Shown piece by piece: positions 54,004-63,715 of a stretch of DNA of 64,000 nt. The first letter of the stretch is position 1. Every line of letters starts with the position of its first letter. The stretch is from an uncultured Zetaproteobacteria bacterium (GTDB lineage Bacteria > Pseudomonadota > Zetaproteobacteria > Mariprofundales > Mariprofundaceae), in NCBI GenBank assembly GCA_964596375.1, contig CAZQTO010000001.1:916-64915 (forward strand), read 5' to 3'. A program made the translations under genes and the position numbers. Under the pieces are notes generated by a model. That model was not told the DNA's origin, searched no databases, and saw only the letters and a program-made list of their open reading frames with translations.

Positions 54004-55074
54004 TTGAATCTGTTTAAACGCAAGTCGGATGTGTTGATTGCCGTGGATATCAGTTCCGCGGCGGTTAAGCTTGTCGAACTTGGTAAGGTGCGAGGTGGTT
54101 TTGAGTTGAAATCGATGGCAATCGTGCCATTGCCGCGCGATGTGATTGTCGAAAATGAGATTATTGACTCCATGACCGTCACGCAGGCGCTTGAGGATGC
54201 TGTGCGCATTGCCTCTCCGTCTTCCCTCGATGTCATTTTCGCCGTATCAGGTAACGCATTGATCATCAAAACAGTAACCATGCCGCTGATGACCGAACTT
54301 GAGCTTGAAGCATCCATCGAATTTGAGGCAGACCAGCATATTCCATACGATATGGAGGATGTGTACCTCGACTTCCAGATTTTGGGTGTGACTGACGATG
54401 GTGCGGAAATGGAAGTGGTGCTTGTTGCCTGCAAGCGCGATGTGATTGAGGCCTATCAGCAGGTGATTCAGGAAGCCGGGATGACAGTCAAATGTGTTGA
54501 TTGTGCAGTTTTTGCTTTGGAGAATGCTACTGAACTTCTGATGGGCAGTGTTCCTGACCTGGACGGAGATGAGGAGGCGGATGTAAGCGTCCATGCGCTG
54601 GCCAATATCGGCGCCAATTTCACCAATATCAATATTTTGCATGGTGGCCAGATGGCCTTTGTGCGTGATCAGTTCTTCGGTGGAAATCAGTTGACCCAGG
54701 AGATTCAGGAAGCGCATGGGATTAGTTTTCAGGCTGCAGAGCAAATGAAATTGGATAATTTCTCTGGTATTGATGATGTCGCCACTGAGAATTATTTCAC
54801 AGCTTTGGCCGATGAACTTGTGCGTACGCTTGATTTTTATGCTGTTCGACATGCGGATTTCCCGGTAGAGAGTCTTTTTCTCAGTGGCGGCGGGGCTCTC
54901 GTTCCCGGCACTGCTGAACAGGTTGAACAGCGCCTGGGTATTGATACGAAGGTATTGAATCCTTTCTCAGTGATTAAATCCTCGCCCAAAAAGTTTGATG
55001 CAGACTATCTGAATAGAATCGGTCCGATGATGATGGTTCCTGTCGGGCTGGCATTGCGGAGCTTTGATAAATGA
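54004..55074 (+). CDS. pilM: type IV pilus assembly protein PilM
   Basis: TTG start after GAGGTGG. (M)NLFKRKSDVLIAVDISSAAVKLVELGK and an actin-like ATPase fold. 356 aa. Confidence 0.9.
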   Translation: MNLFKRKSDVLIAVDISSAAVKLVELGKVRGGFELKSMAIVPLPRDVIVENEIIDSMTVTQALEDAVRIASPSSLDVIFAVSGNALIIKTVTMPLMTELELEASIEFEADQHIPYDMEDVYLDFQILGVTDDGAEMEVVLVACKRDVIEAYQQVIQEAGMTVKCVDCAVFALENATELLMGSVPDLDGDEEADVSVHALANIGANFTNINILHGGQMAFVRDQFFGGNQLTQEIQEAHGISFQAAEQMKLDNFSGIDDVATENYFTALADELVRTLDFYAVRHADFPVESLFLSGGGALVPGTAEQVEQRLGIDTKVLNPFSVIKSSPKKFDADYLNRIGPMMMVPVGLALRSFDK

Positions 55075-55658
55075 TTCGTATTAACCTTTTGCCCTATCGC
55101 GATGCACGCCGTCAAGGCCAGATTGTGCAATATATTCTGGTAGCCTTGGCTGCGCTTGCTCTAACGATCGTGCTTGTCCTTTCGTCCTATTCATGGTCAA
55201 CCCTGCAGTTGAGCGATGCTGATGACCGCTTAAAGAACGTCCATGGAGAGAATCAGGCTCTAAAGATAAAGATTGGCGAACTGAGTAAGTTTAAAGAGGT
55301 TCAGGCCGAGGTTCAGAAGAAACTTGATCTTGTAGACACCCTGCAGCGCGGCCGGTTTCGTAGCCTTGAGTCCATACAGGGTCTCTCCGTGGCTATTCCG
55401 GAAAACGTATGGCTGACCGATGTGAAGGATGCTGGAGGTACCATCAGTATCAGTGGCTTGGGAGAGAGCAATCGTGCTGTGGCTGCATTTATGCGCGCCT
55501 TGGAGAATCAGCCGGTATTTTCCGGAGTGAATCTTAAATTAATCAAACGAGAGAGTAGGGGGAGCGTTGTCCTGCGCAGTTTTTCCCTGACCATGAATCG
55601 GATTGATCCACCGCTTGATACGAAGTCAGGCAAGCCTTCCGGAGGTGGTGCGCTATGA
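55071..55658 (+). CDS. pilN: type IV pilus assembly protein PilN
   Basis: MIRINLLPYRDARRQ followed by one TM helix. Start overlaps the pilM stop. Confidence 0.85.
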   Translation: MIRINLLPYRDARRQGQIVQYILVALAALALTIVLVLSSYSWSTLQLSDADDRLKNVHGENQALKIKIGELSKFKEVQAEVQKKLDLVDTLQRGRFRSLESIQGLSVAIPENVWLTDVKDAGGTISISGLGESNRAVAAFMRALENQPVFSGVNLKLIKRESRGSVVLRSFSLTMNRIDPPLDTKSGKPSGGGAL

Positions 55659-56281
55659 AAGTAAACCTCCCGCAGCTTGATGTCTTGCGCCCGATTTTGG
55701 GTGTTCCGGTTTGGCAATGTGTTACAGGTCTTGTGTTGGTCGTGATGCTCTTGGTGGGCGGATATGTCTTTGCTGTCTGGATGCCCCTTGAGGATAAGAT
55801 TGAGGGTGTCGAAAAATCCATCCTGAGTGAACAAAGAATCCTGCAGCGTAACCAACAGACCGCACGGGATTTGCCGCGTAAAAAGCTTCAGTTCGAAGAA
55901 ATGAAGAAGCAACTCGAACTGGCCCGTAGCATGCTGCCCGAGAAATCGCAGATTCCCGATCTTCTTGATGGCGTCAGCCGCGCAGGCAAACATGCAGGTC
56001 TGGAGTTCAGCGCGTTCCTGCCATTGGCTGAAGTAAAGAAAGAACTTCATGCGGAGGTTCCTGTGTCGCTGAGTATGACCGGAACCTTTCGTCAAATGGC
56101 TTTGTTTCTCAGTACCGTGGGTGAAATGCAGCGTATCGTGGAAATAAAGGGCCTGAGCTTTTCTGAAGGTGAGGGCGAGGAATTAAAGATGAATGGGCAG
56201 GCAATTACTTATCGCCTGCTGGACGACCAGGAAATAAAACAGGCTCAACAGAAACCAGCTGGTGGCGGCAGGAAGCGCTAG
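55655..56281 (+). CDS. pilO: type IV pilus assembly protein PilO
   Basis: Position and size (208 aa), N-terminal TM helix, coiled-coil, and the IPDLLDGVSRAGKHAGLEFSAFLP block. Confidence 0.8.
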   Translation: MKVNLPQLDVLRPILGVPVWQCVTGLVLVVMLLVGGYVFAVWMPLEDKIEGVEKSILSEQRILQRNQQTARDLPRKKLQFEEMKKQLELARSMLPEKSQIPDLLDGVSRAGKHAGLEFSAFLPLAEVKKELHAEVPVSLSMTGTFRQMALFLSTVGEMQRIVEIKGLSFSEGEGEELKMNGQAITYRLLDDQEIKQAQQKPAGGGRKR

Positions 56282-56296
56282 GATGCTGGGAGGTGA

Positions 56297-58780
56297 ATGA
56301 TGGATATCAAGATCAATTATAATCGATTAGGCGCCATCCGGCTTACGGCATTGCTTTTTGCCATGATGTTATTGTGGCCGGCAAATTCGCAGGCCGCTCA
56401 GATCACGGCGATGACGCTTGAGAAGTCTCCTGCCGGAGATGTCATAAGTATCCAATCAGATGGCGAACTGGATTATCAGTCCTTTGATTTGTCCGCGCCA
56501 CCTCGTCTTGTACTTACCTTTCCCAACAGCGTTTTCAGCAAAAAAGTGAAATCCATCAGCCATAACGAAGCAGGCGTAAAAAGCATTTCCCCTTCAGCTT
56601 CCAAGGTTGGCGCACGGCTTGATATCAGCCTGAGCAAGGCGCTGAGCTATAAGGTGGAGCAGCAGGGGGATAAACTTCTCCTGCGTTTTTCCCCTGTTTC
56701 CGGGGCGAAAATGAAAGTGGTGCAGGATGTCGCTGTATTGAAGGATATCGAGATCAGTGATCAGGGTGCGTTGACCGAGGTGGTGGTCCGCGGGGAACAT
56801 ATGAATGCCAGTCATGATGCCTTTGTGACCAATCAGGGGCACACACTGATTATGGATTTTTGGGGCGCCACATCGCTACTTCCCAAAGAGCATTATGCAG
56901 TAGCTACTCAAAATGTGCAGAGCGTGACGGTCGGTGAAGCCAAGGGGCGGGTCCGGCTTGTGGTCAATCTGGTTCCCGGTGTAAGCGACAAACATCAAAT
57001 TGATGCGACTGACGGACAGATGCTGGTACGTTTTGGCAGCGTAACACCAAAACGAAAAGCCGCTGAGGTTCAGGTCGAGAATGTGCTTTTCAAACCAAAC
57101 GACCGGATTTCACAACTGGTGATTCGTACCAACGTCAACAATCCGATTATCAATTTGCATGAGGAAAAGGGCGCAGCCATTCTCGATATAAACAAGGCGG
57201 ATCTGGCCAAGGGACAGGAGCGTTCACAGGATATCAGAGAATTTCCGGGCCCGCTCAGCCAGATTGATGCATACAAGGCTGGCGATAAGGTCCGCATTGT
57301 CGCCAGGCTGCGCGACAAGGTGGAAATCTCCAGCTTCCAGCAGGGCAATGTACTAACCGTAACCTTTGTGCCCAAGGACCTTGCATCCGCCAAGCGTGGC
57401 GCGACGCAGGGGGCTGCGCTCGAATATACCGGACAAAAAGTGAGCTTCGATTATCAGGGTATCGATATTCGCAATGCGCTGCGTCTGATTGCCGAGATGA
57501 GCGATATGAACATCATCATGGGCGAAGATGTGCAAGGTAAGCTGACCATGCGTCTGGAAAACGTACCTTGGGATCAGGCGCTGGATATCATCCTTGATTC
57601 TCAGAGTTTGGGTAAAGTAGTGCAGGGAAACGTGATGCGTATTGCACCCATATCTGTATTGGCTAAGGCCCAGCAGGAAAAGCTAGAGGCCAATCAGAAT
57701 GCCTCAGAGCTGGCTCCACTGCTGACAGAATTTATTTCACTGAATTTTGCCAAGGCCAGTGATGTGAAAGCCATGCTGGAGACAGTGCAAGAGGCGGATA
57801 CTGCGTCAAGCACCACAGGCACGGCAGCTCCGACGGCATCCCTGAGTTCAGCGGCAAGCAGTGGGATGCTTTCCGCACGCGGCAGCTTCGTAGTTGATGA
57901 GAGAACCAACACGCTAATTGTTAAAGACACGCAGGACTCGATTAACAGCATCAAGCGCCTGATTGCACGGGTCGACAGGCCTGTTAAACAGGTGATGATC
58001 GAGGCACGCATTGTTGAAGCCACCGATAATTTCACACGCGACCTGGGTGTTCGCTGGGGTGGACAGGTGGCAGGCAAGGGAGGCCGGGTGTCTACCCAGC
58101 TATCAAATTCTGCGGCAGGCGGCGTTGTTGGTGGTATTGGTGGTAATGCTCCACCCGGTGGATTCCTCGTCGATTTGCCTGCTGCTGTCGGTGCCGGAGC
58201 AGGTGGTCAAATCGGATTTGCAGTGGGCGCTCTTAATAATGCATTCAACCTGAATCTGGAGCTTTCTGCCGCAGAAGCAGACGACAAGATCAAGATTATC
58301 TCCAATCCGCGCGTGGTGACTACCAATATGAAAAAAGCCACCATCAATCAGGGTACTCAAATCCCATTCACATCCACGAGCATTAACGGCAGCACTACTG
58401 AGTTCAAGACAGCCAATTTAGGTCTTGAGGTAACACCACAGATTACTGCCGACAACCGCCTTATTTTGGTGGTTAAAGCCACCAAGGACTCCCCTGGCGC
58501 GGCAGCAGTAGCGGGTGGTCAACCTACGATCGACACCAAACAGGTTGAGACGGAAATCTTTATGAACAATGGTGAGACCATTGTTATCGGTGGCATTTAC
58601 ACCCGTAACAACACCAATAACACGGCGGGTGTTCCATTCTTTTCAAAGATTCCGATATTGGGCTGGTTATTCAAAACGAATACCAAGACTGATAATAAGA
58701 CAGAATTACTGATATTTATCACACCCACGATTCTTGATACTGCCCCCCATGGGAGCGGAGAGGTGGCTCAGGTTCGTTAA
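56297..58780 (+). CDS. pilQ: type IV pilus secretin PilQ with extended N-terminus (three AMIN-like modules)
   Basis: Signal peptide, three repeats of AMIN-like architecture (each ending ...LVLTF / ...LIMDF / ...AILDI contexts), N0/N1 domains and the secretin core NPRVVTTNMKKATINQGTQIPF...VPFFSKIPILGWLFK. Confidence 0.9.
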   Translation: MMDIKINYNRLGAIRLTALLFAMMLLWPANSQAAQITAMTLEKSPAGDVISIQSDGELDYQSFDLSAPPRLVLTFPNSVFSKKVKSISHNEAGVKSISPSASKVGARLDISLSKALSYKVEQQGDKLLLRFSPVSGAKMKVVQDVAVLKDIEISDQGALTEVVVRGEHMNASHDAFVTNQGHTLIMDFWGATSLLPKEHYAVATQNVQSVTVGEAKGRVRLVVNLVPGVSDKHQIDATDGQMLVRFGSVTPKRKAAEVQVENVLFKPNDRISQLVIRTNVNNPIINLHEEKGAAILDINKADLAKGQERSQDIREFPGPLSQIDAYKAGDKVRIVARLRDKVEISSFQQGNVLTVTFVPKDLASAKRGATQGAALEYTGQKVSFDYQGIDIRNALRLIAEMSDMNIIMGEDVQGKLTMRLENVPWDQALDIILDSQSLGKVVQGNVMRIAPISVLAKAQQEKLEANQNASELAPLLTEFISLNFAKASDVKAMLETVQEADTASSTTGTAAPTASLSSAASSGMLSARGSFVVDERTNTLIVKDTQDSINSIKRLIARVDRPVKQVMIEARIVEATDNFTRDLGVRWGGQVAGKGGRVSTQLSNSAAGGVVGGIGGNAPPGGFLVDLPAAVGAGAGGQIGFAVGALNNAFNLNLELSAAEADDKIKIISNPRVVTTNMKKATINQGTQIPFTSTSINGSTTEFKTANLGLEVTPQITADNRLILVVKATKDSPGAAAVAGGQPTIDTKQVETEIFMNNGETIVIGGIYTRNNTNNTAGVPFFSKIPILGWLFKTNTKTDNKTELLIFITPTILDTAPHGSGEVAQVR

Positions 58781-58796
58781 TTCGTATCATTGGAAA

Positions 58797-58840
58797 CAGC
58801 CAGCTTCAGCATAAAAAGGCTGCGGCTGGCTTGTTTCTGT
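58797..58840 (+). terminator. imperfect hairpin terminator after pilQ
   Basis: CAGCCAGCTTCAGC-ATAAAAAG-GCTGCGGCTGGCTT followed by GTTTCTGTT. Confidence 0.45.
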
Positions 58841-58892
58841 TGTCACCTGATTCTGTCACAATGCGCCGATGAACATGCCCAAAGATACTTCC

Positions 58893-59990
58893 ATGAACAA
58901 TCCTGAGCGCGTTTACCACGTTGATCTGGGGGATCGCTCTTACGATATCCATATTGAGCCGGGCTGCCTTGATGGGCTTGGCAATGCCATGCGGAGTCTG
59001 TTTCCCGTTGCCGGGCGCTGCCTGATTGTCAGTAATGAGGTGGTAGCACCTCTTTATCTTGAACGGGTACAGCAATCGCTACAGGCATCAGGCTGGGATA
59101 CTACGACGTGCATACTCGACGATGGCGAACGCAACAAAACCATTGCTTCATGGAATGGCATCCTCGATGCCTTGATGCTGGCGAAACTGTCGCGCGGCGA
59201 GCCTGTGGTGGCGCTCGGTGGCGGCGTGGTCGGCGATATGACCGGTTTTGCTGCAGCCAGCTACCGGCGTGGCATTCCCTATGTGCAGGTGCCGACGACT
59301 CTGCTGGCACAGGTGGATTCCAGCGTGGGCGGCAAGACCGCCATCAATCACCCGCATGGCAAGAATATGATTGGCGCTTTCTATCAGCCCGCACTGGTAT
59401 GGATCGACCCACAGGTATTAAGCACGCTTGCACCGCGTGAGTTGCGTGCCGGTATTGCCGAGTTGATCAAATACGGACTGATCCGCGATGCGGATTTTTT
59501 CACTTACCTGAATCAGCACATGCAATCATTGCTTGCACTCGAGCCCGATGCGGTTGCCAAAGTGATTTACACATCATGCCGTCACAAGGCGGAAGTGGTG
59601 ATGGCCGACGAAACAGAACAGGGCGTTAGGGCATTGCTCAATCTGGGCCACACCTTTGGTCATGCCATTGAATCGATGACACATTATACGCAATACCTGC
59701 ATGGCGAGGCGGTGGCTCTTGGAACGCTGATGGCGTCCAGACTCTCCGCTCAGCTTGGCCATATGCCGGCAAATGTGGAGCAGCGCATTCGGGAGCTTTA
59801 TGAGCGCTGTGGCCTACCAGTGGATATTCCAGTGTTTTCCGCAGATGCCTGGCTGGATGCGATGGGACACGACAAGAAGAATGTCGGCAGGCGCATTCGT
59901 TTTGTCTTGCTCAAACAGATCGGTGAGGCCTTTGTTGCCGAGGATGTGGATGAACAATCTGTCCGCGAACTGATTGCCTCCTTTTCCTGA
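58893..59990 (+). CDS. aroB: 3-dehydroquinate synthase
   Basis: Start chosen at MNNPERVYHVDLGDRSYDIHI (ORF opens at 58869). Contains GGGVVGDMTGFAAA, DSSVGGKTAINH and LNLGHTFGHA. Confidence 0.9.
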   Translation: MNNPERVYHVDLGDRSYDIHIEPGCLDGLGNAMRSLFPVAGRCLIVSNEVVAPLYLERVQQSLQASGWDTTTCILDDGERNKTIASWNGILDALMLAKLSRGEPVVALGGGVVGDMTGFAAASYRRGIPYVQVPTTLLAQVDSSVGGKTAINHPHGKNMIGAFYQPALVWIDPQVLSTLAPRELRAGIAELIKYGLIRDADFFTYLNQHMQSLLALEPDAVAKVIYTSCRHKAEVVMADETEQGVRALLNLGHTFGHAIESMTHYTQYLHGEAVALGTLMASRLSAQLGHMPANVEQRIRELYERCGLPVDIPVFSADAWLDAMGHDKKNVGRRIRFVLLKQIGEAFVAEDVDEQSVRELIASFS

Positions 59991-59996
59991 GAAAGG

Positions 59997-60026
59997 ATAA
60001 AAAAACGGCCCGGACATAGCCGGGCC
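59997..60026 (-). terminator. rho-independent terminator after the BI-1 family gene
   Basis: Minus strand GGCCCGG-CTATGT-CCGGGCC followed by GTTTTTTT. Confidence 0.75.
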
Positions 60027-60050
60027 ATTCATAAGACATCGTTTTGAAAT

Positions 60051-60710
60051 TCAGTCGTCGTTTAACATGCCGAACATGGCAAGCACATGCTGGAAGAGCA
60101 GGAACACATCCAGATACAGGGTGAGGGCTGCCGCGATGTATTCCTCATTTGGATAGTCGCGCAGAATGTTGGAAGTGTCATACAGGATGAAGGCCGAGAA
60201 CAGCAGGATACCCATACCGGAAATGCCTAGCGCCATCAGCGGCGATTCAAAGAAGAAATAATTGGACAAGCCCAACACGATGATTGAGATCAGGCCAACC
60301 CAGACAAATCCTTTCAGGAAGGAAAAGTCACGTCTGGAAATGAATGTGTATGCAGTCAACGACACAAAGGCCACCGCCGTGGTCATGAAGGCCTGGGTAA
60401 CCAGCATTGGGGACCTTGCGGCGACAATGCCGACCAGCGGAGCGATGGCCATGCCGGTGATGCCACCAAAAGCGAGCAGAGCAGCAAGGTTCAGGCCTGC
60501 AATATGACGCACGGCTTGCACTGCAAAGATTCCGCCTATCATGACAAATAACATCATAAACGGATGCTCATAGGGGAAGGCGAGGCCCATCGACATAAAG
60601 GCACCGATACTGCCTGCGGCAATACACAGGGCCAGCATGCCGTAGGTTTTGCCGAGAAATGAAATGCGTGAATCGACCAGTTGGGTGGATGTCATACCTA
60701 TTTGGTTCAT
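60051..60710 (-). CDS. Bax inhibitor-1/YccA family membrane protein
   Basis: 219 aa, 7 TM helices. FLGKTYGMLALCIAAG...LFSAFILYDTSNIL...AALTLYLDVFLLFQHVL. Confidence 0.85.
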   Translation of the reverse strand: MNQIGMTSTQLVDSRISFLGKTYGMLALCIAAGSIGAFMSMGLAFPYEHPFMMLFVMIGGIFAVQAVRHIAGLNLAALLAFGGITGMAIAPLVGIVAARSPMLVTQAFMTTAVAFVSLTAYTFISRRDFSFLKGFVWVGLISIIVLGLSNYFFFESPLMALGISGMGILLFSAFILYDTSNILRDYPNEEYIAAALTLYLDVFLLFQHVLAMFGMLNDD

Positions 60711-60784
60711 GGATACCTCCGAGAATGTATTGCAGCGTAATGTAGGGATGCATGCGGACGGGTCAAGCGGGGACTGCCCTTGAT

Positions 60785-61204
60785 TCAGCGTATATGTTTG
60801 TCTTCCGTGATGATTTCAGCATCGATGATGTCTGATTGCCGCTGACCGCCGATTTGCTGAACCGGCAACAGCTTCCTAATGATAAAACCTCGAAGGGGCG
60901 GTATCAGCAACAGAAATCCAGCAGTATCGGTAACAAAACCGGGGGTGAACAGAAGAAGGCCAGCCAAAGCAATCATCAGTCCGTGAAAACCGTGTTCAGC
61001 CGGGATTTCACCATGGGCCATGCGCTTCTGCGCATCGATCAAGGTACTCATGCCCTGCCAGCGAATGATTAAACCACCGAGAGCGGCAGTGAGCAGGCAA
61101 AGTGCAATGGTGGACATACCACCGATACCGCTGCCGACCTCAATCAGAACATAGAGCTCAAGCAAGGGAATAAGTATAAACAAGACAAATAGGATTCTCA
61201 GCAT
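60785..61204 (-). CDS. fxsA: FxsA family membrane protein
   Basis: MLRILFVLFILIPLLELYVLIEVGSGIG...LLFTPGFVTDTAGFLLLIPPLR. Confidence 0.85.
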   Translation of the reverse strand: MLRILFVLFILIPLLELYVLIEVGSGIGGMSTIALCLLTAALGGLIIRWQGMSTLIDAQKRMAHGEIPAEHGFHGLMIALAGLLLFTPGFVTDTAGFLLLIPPLRGFIIRKLLPVQQIGGQRQSDIIDAEIITEDKHIR

Positions 61205-61406
61205 GGGCTATGTATAAGGGCAGGAGCCATCCGGTTCAAGTCTTTATCACCCATTTATGGGATATACAGCCTCAGCCATGCCCTCCTATGATTCAGCATC
61301 ATAATTTTATATGTATCTGTTTACACCAGTTGGGCGGGGGAGATCGATGGCAGGGGAGGGATATGAAGTATCCTTCCCCCGCCATTTTTGTTTGTAAAAC
61401 TGAAAG

Positions 61407-62582
61407 TCAGCCTTGGTTCAGGGCGAGGGCCGCAAACGCGGCAATGCCGGAGCGCATAGAGGATTCATCGATATCGAAGCAGGGGTGGTGCAAGGGGCAA
61501 CGTGTTTCCGGGCTACCGCCGGTGCCAAGGCGGAACAAACAGCCAGGAATATCGCGCAGAAACTCGGCAAAGTCCTCGCCGCCCATCGATGGCTCATCAA
61601 TCTCAACCAGCTGGATTTCAGGAAGCGTTTTCGTAAATATATGACGAGCCTGATCCAATAGCTTTGAGTTATTGCTTAAAACAGACGTGGCCTGCCTCAG
61701 GGTAAATTTGGCTGTCGCACCCCAGGACTCGGCTGTTTGACGGATGATGTGATCCATGCGCACACGAATCTCCTCGTGTGCCTCAGGATGCAGGCTGCGG
61801 ACGGTGCCGGAAAAAGAGATGTGATCGGGAATGACGTTGGCGGCATGGCCGCCATGTATCTGCCCGATGGTCAGTACAGCCGGATGTAGCGGATTAACGC
61901 GCCGGCCAATGATGTGATGAAGGGCTTGAATAACCTGTGTGGCTACCAGAACCACATCAATACATTCGTGAGGCCGGGCAGCATGGCCACCGTGACCATG
62001 AATTTCGACATCGAACATGTCGGCGGCAGCACACATGGTACCTTCCCGCAGGCCGATGGAACCAGCAGGGAGGTAGGGGTAGACATGCAAGGCATAAATC
62101 TGTTCAGGTTTGACTGCATTGAATACGTGGTCCTTCAACATTGAGGAGGCGCCCTCGCATGTTTCCTCAGCTGGCTGAAACACGAAAGCAATATTGAATT
62201 GAAGTTTGTCTCGCACCCGGCAAAGCAAATGCGCTGTCCCCAGGAGTATGGCGGTGTGAACGTCGTGACCACAGGCGTGCGATACAGCCTCTGCACACGA
62301 GGCATAGTCGCGCTGCTTTCCGTCCTGAATCGGCAGGGCATCCATATCGGCACGCATGGCAATCCACGGCAAAGCTGAATCCACAGTGAGTGTGCCCAGA
62401 ACGCCGAAGCCGCCTATGCCTTCGCGAGTCTCCAGACCAAGCTTCCTGCAAGTCTCTGCCACCAGACGTGCCGTTTGCTCCTCACAGCCGGAAAGCTCCG
62501 GGTGCTGGTGCAGGAAACGGCGTACACGTATTGCCTCCGGCAGTACCTCATTAACGATAGCCATCAGTTGTTCTGTCTTCAT
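61407..62582 (-). CDS. M20D-family amidohydrolase (N-acyl-amino-acid/hippurate hydrolase-like)
   Basis: Start at MKTEQL (62582, ATGA overlap with the upstream stop). Contains RRFLHQHPELSG, ACGHDVHTA, FQPAEE and HGHGGHAARPH. Confidence 0.85.
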   Translation of the reverse strand: MKTEQLMAIVNEVLPEAIRVRRFLHQHPELSGCEEQTARLVAETCRKLGLETREGIGGFGVLGTLTVDSALPWIAMRADMDALPIQDGKQRDYASCAEAVSHACGHDVHTAILLGTAHLLCRVRDKLQFNIAFVFQPAEETCEGASSMLKDHVFNAVKPEQIYALHVYPYLPAGSIGLREGTMCAAADMFDVEIHGHGGHAARPHECIDVVLVATQVIQALHHIIGRRVNPLHPAVLTIGQIHGGHAANVIPDHISFSGTVRSLHPEAHEEIRVRMDHIIRQTAESWGATAKFTLRQATSVLSNNSKLLDQARHIFTKTLPEIQLVEIDEPSMGGEDFAEFLRDIPGCLFRLGTGGSPETRCPLHHPCFDIDESSMRSGIAAFAALALNQG

Positions 62583-63703
62583 GCTTGTTTGCTCCATCCA
62601 TCTTCTTGGCGCATGAGCCTGATCATATCCGCCCAGTTCGGGGCGGCTTGCTGCAGCTGCCTCTGGCGGGTGGCGCCATCTTTATGGCGGCGCCATTCGC
62701 TGAGCCTTCGGCATACAATGGCGATATCCTCCGCCTCTGCACCGCTCTTGGACAGCATCTCAAGCCTTGATTCCAGCAAATCGAGCACAGGGATAACCTT
62801 TTCTCCATCAGGATCAATCATTTCCGCATCCATGCCGTAGCGACAAGCGCGCCAGCGATTTTCACGAATCAAAGAGGGGTGTACGCGACGATAGCCATGT
62901 GTATCGGCATGTGCAGCTGCCATCACCTCGGCGCGAACATAAGCGATGTAGGTCAGTGTATCCGCGTGGTTGGCGGGCATATCACCGATACGCACCTCAA
63001 GTGTGCCGAAATCCGGGTGTGGTCGCATCTCCCACCAGATATCACGCACCGAATCGATGCTGCCGGTACTCATCAGGCGTTCAGCACAACAGGAAAAGTC
63101 CTCCCAATCCTCGAAATAGAAGGGCATGCCGCCCTGACTCAAGCCCTCAAAAATCTTTATTCGCGCCGAACTCAGGCCGGTGTCGTGCTCGCTCCAGAAG
63201 GGCGAATTGGCAGAAATGGCGAGAAAGACCGGCATGATCGGCATCAGATGATTCATCGCGGCAATACAGGTGTCGCCATCGGACATGCCGATGTGCACAT
63301 GGATACCGAAGATATTGAAACGCCGCGCAGTCCAGCACAAACGCTGCACAAGACGATGATAGCGGGGATCGTCACTGATCTGCTGCTCTTGCCAGCGTGA
63401 GAAAGGGTGGGTACCGGAGGACAACAGGGTTGCATCCTGTTTCTCAAGGAGGCCGCTAACCCTGGTATGCAATTGAGTCAGTTCGTCCATGCAGGGAAAG
63501 CTTGATTGATGGATATCGGTATTTAATTCGATGGTTGAGGTGAATAGCTCCGGCTTGATGCGCGGTGTTGTCTCAATGCCTGCCAGCAGTGCCGGGGCAG
63601 CCGGCACCTGCGCTCCGTACTGCCTGCTGACGGTCATCCATTCCATTTCCACGCCCAGGGTGCCTGTTTGCGAGGTCTTGAATGGCAGGGAGCGCTTGCG
63701 CAT
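62579..63703 (-). CDS. ybdK: carboxylate-amine ligase, YbdK family (glutamate-cysteine ligase 2-like)
   Basis: LGVEMEWM...ELFTSTIELNTDIH...FGIHVHIGM...ANSPFW...WWEMRPHPDFGTLEVRIGD. Confidence 0.85.
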   Translation of the reverse strand: MRKRSLPFKTSQTGTLGVEMEWMTVSRQYGAQVPAAPALLAGIETTPRIKPELFTSTIELNTDIHQSSFPCMDELTQLHTRVSGLLEKQDATLLSSGTHPFSRWQEQQISDDPRYHRLVQRLCWTARRFNIFGIHVHIGMSDGDTCIAAMNHLMPIMPVFLAISANSPFWSEHDTGLSSARIKIFEGLSQGGMPFYFEDWEDFSCCAERLMSTGSIDSVRDIWWEMRPHPDFGTLEVRIGDMPANHADTLTYIAYVRAEVMAAAHADTHGYRRVHPSLIRENRWRACRYGMDAEMIDPDGEKVIPVLDLLESRLEMLSKSGAEAEDIAIVCRRLSEWRRHKDGATRQRQLQQAAPNWADMIRLMRQEDGWSKQA

Positions 63704-63715
63704 GGTTTCCTGCGC

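Noticed and set aside
55508-56095. 195-aa minus-strand ORF
   Set aside because: It is antisense to the pilN/pilO junction. The pilMNOQ frames are strongly supported by motifs and translational coupling.
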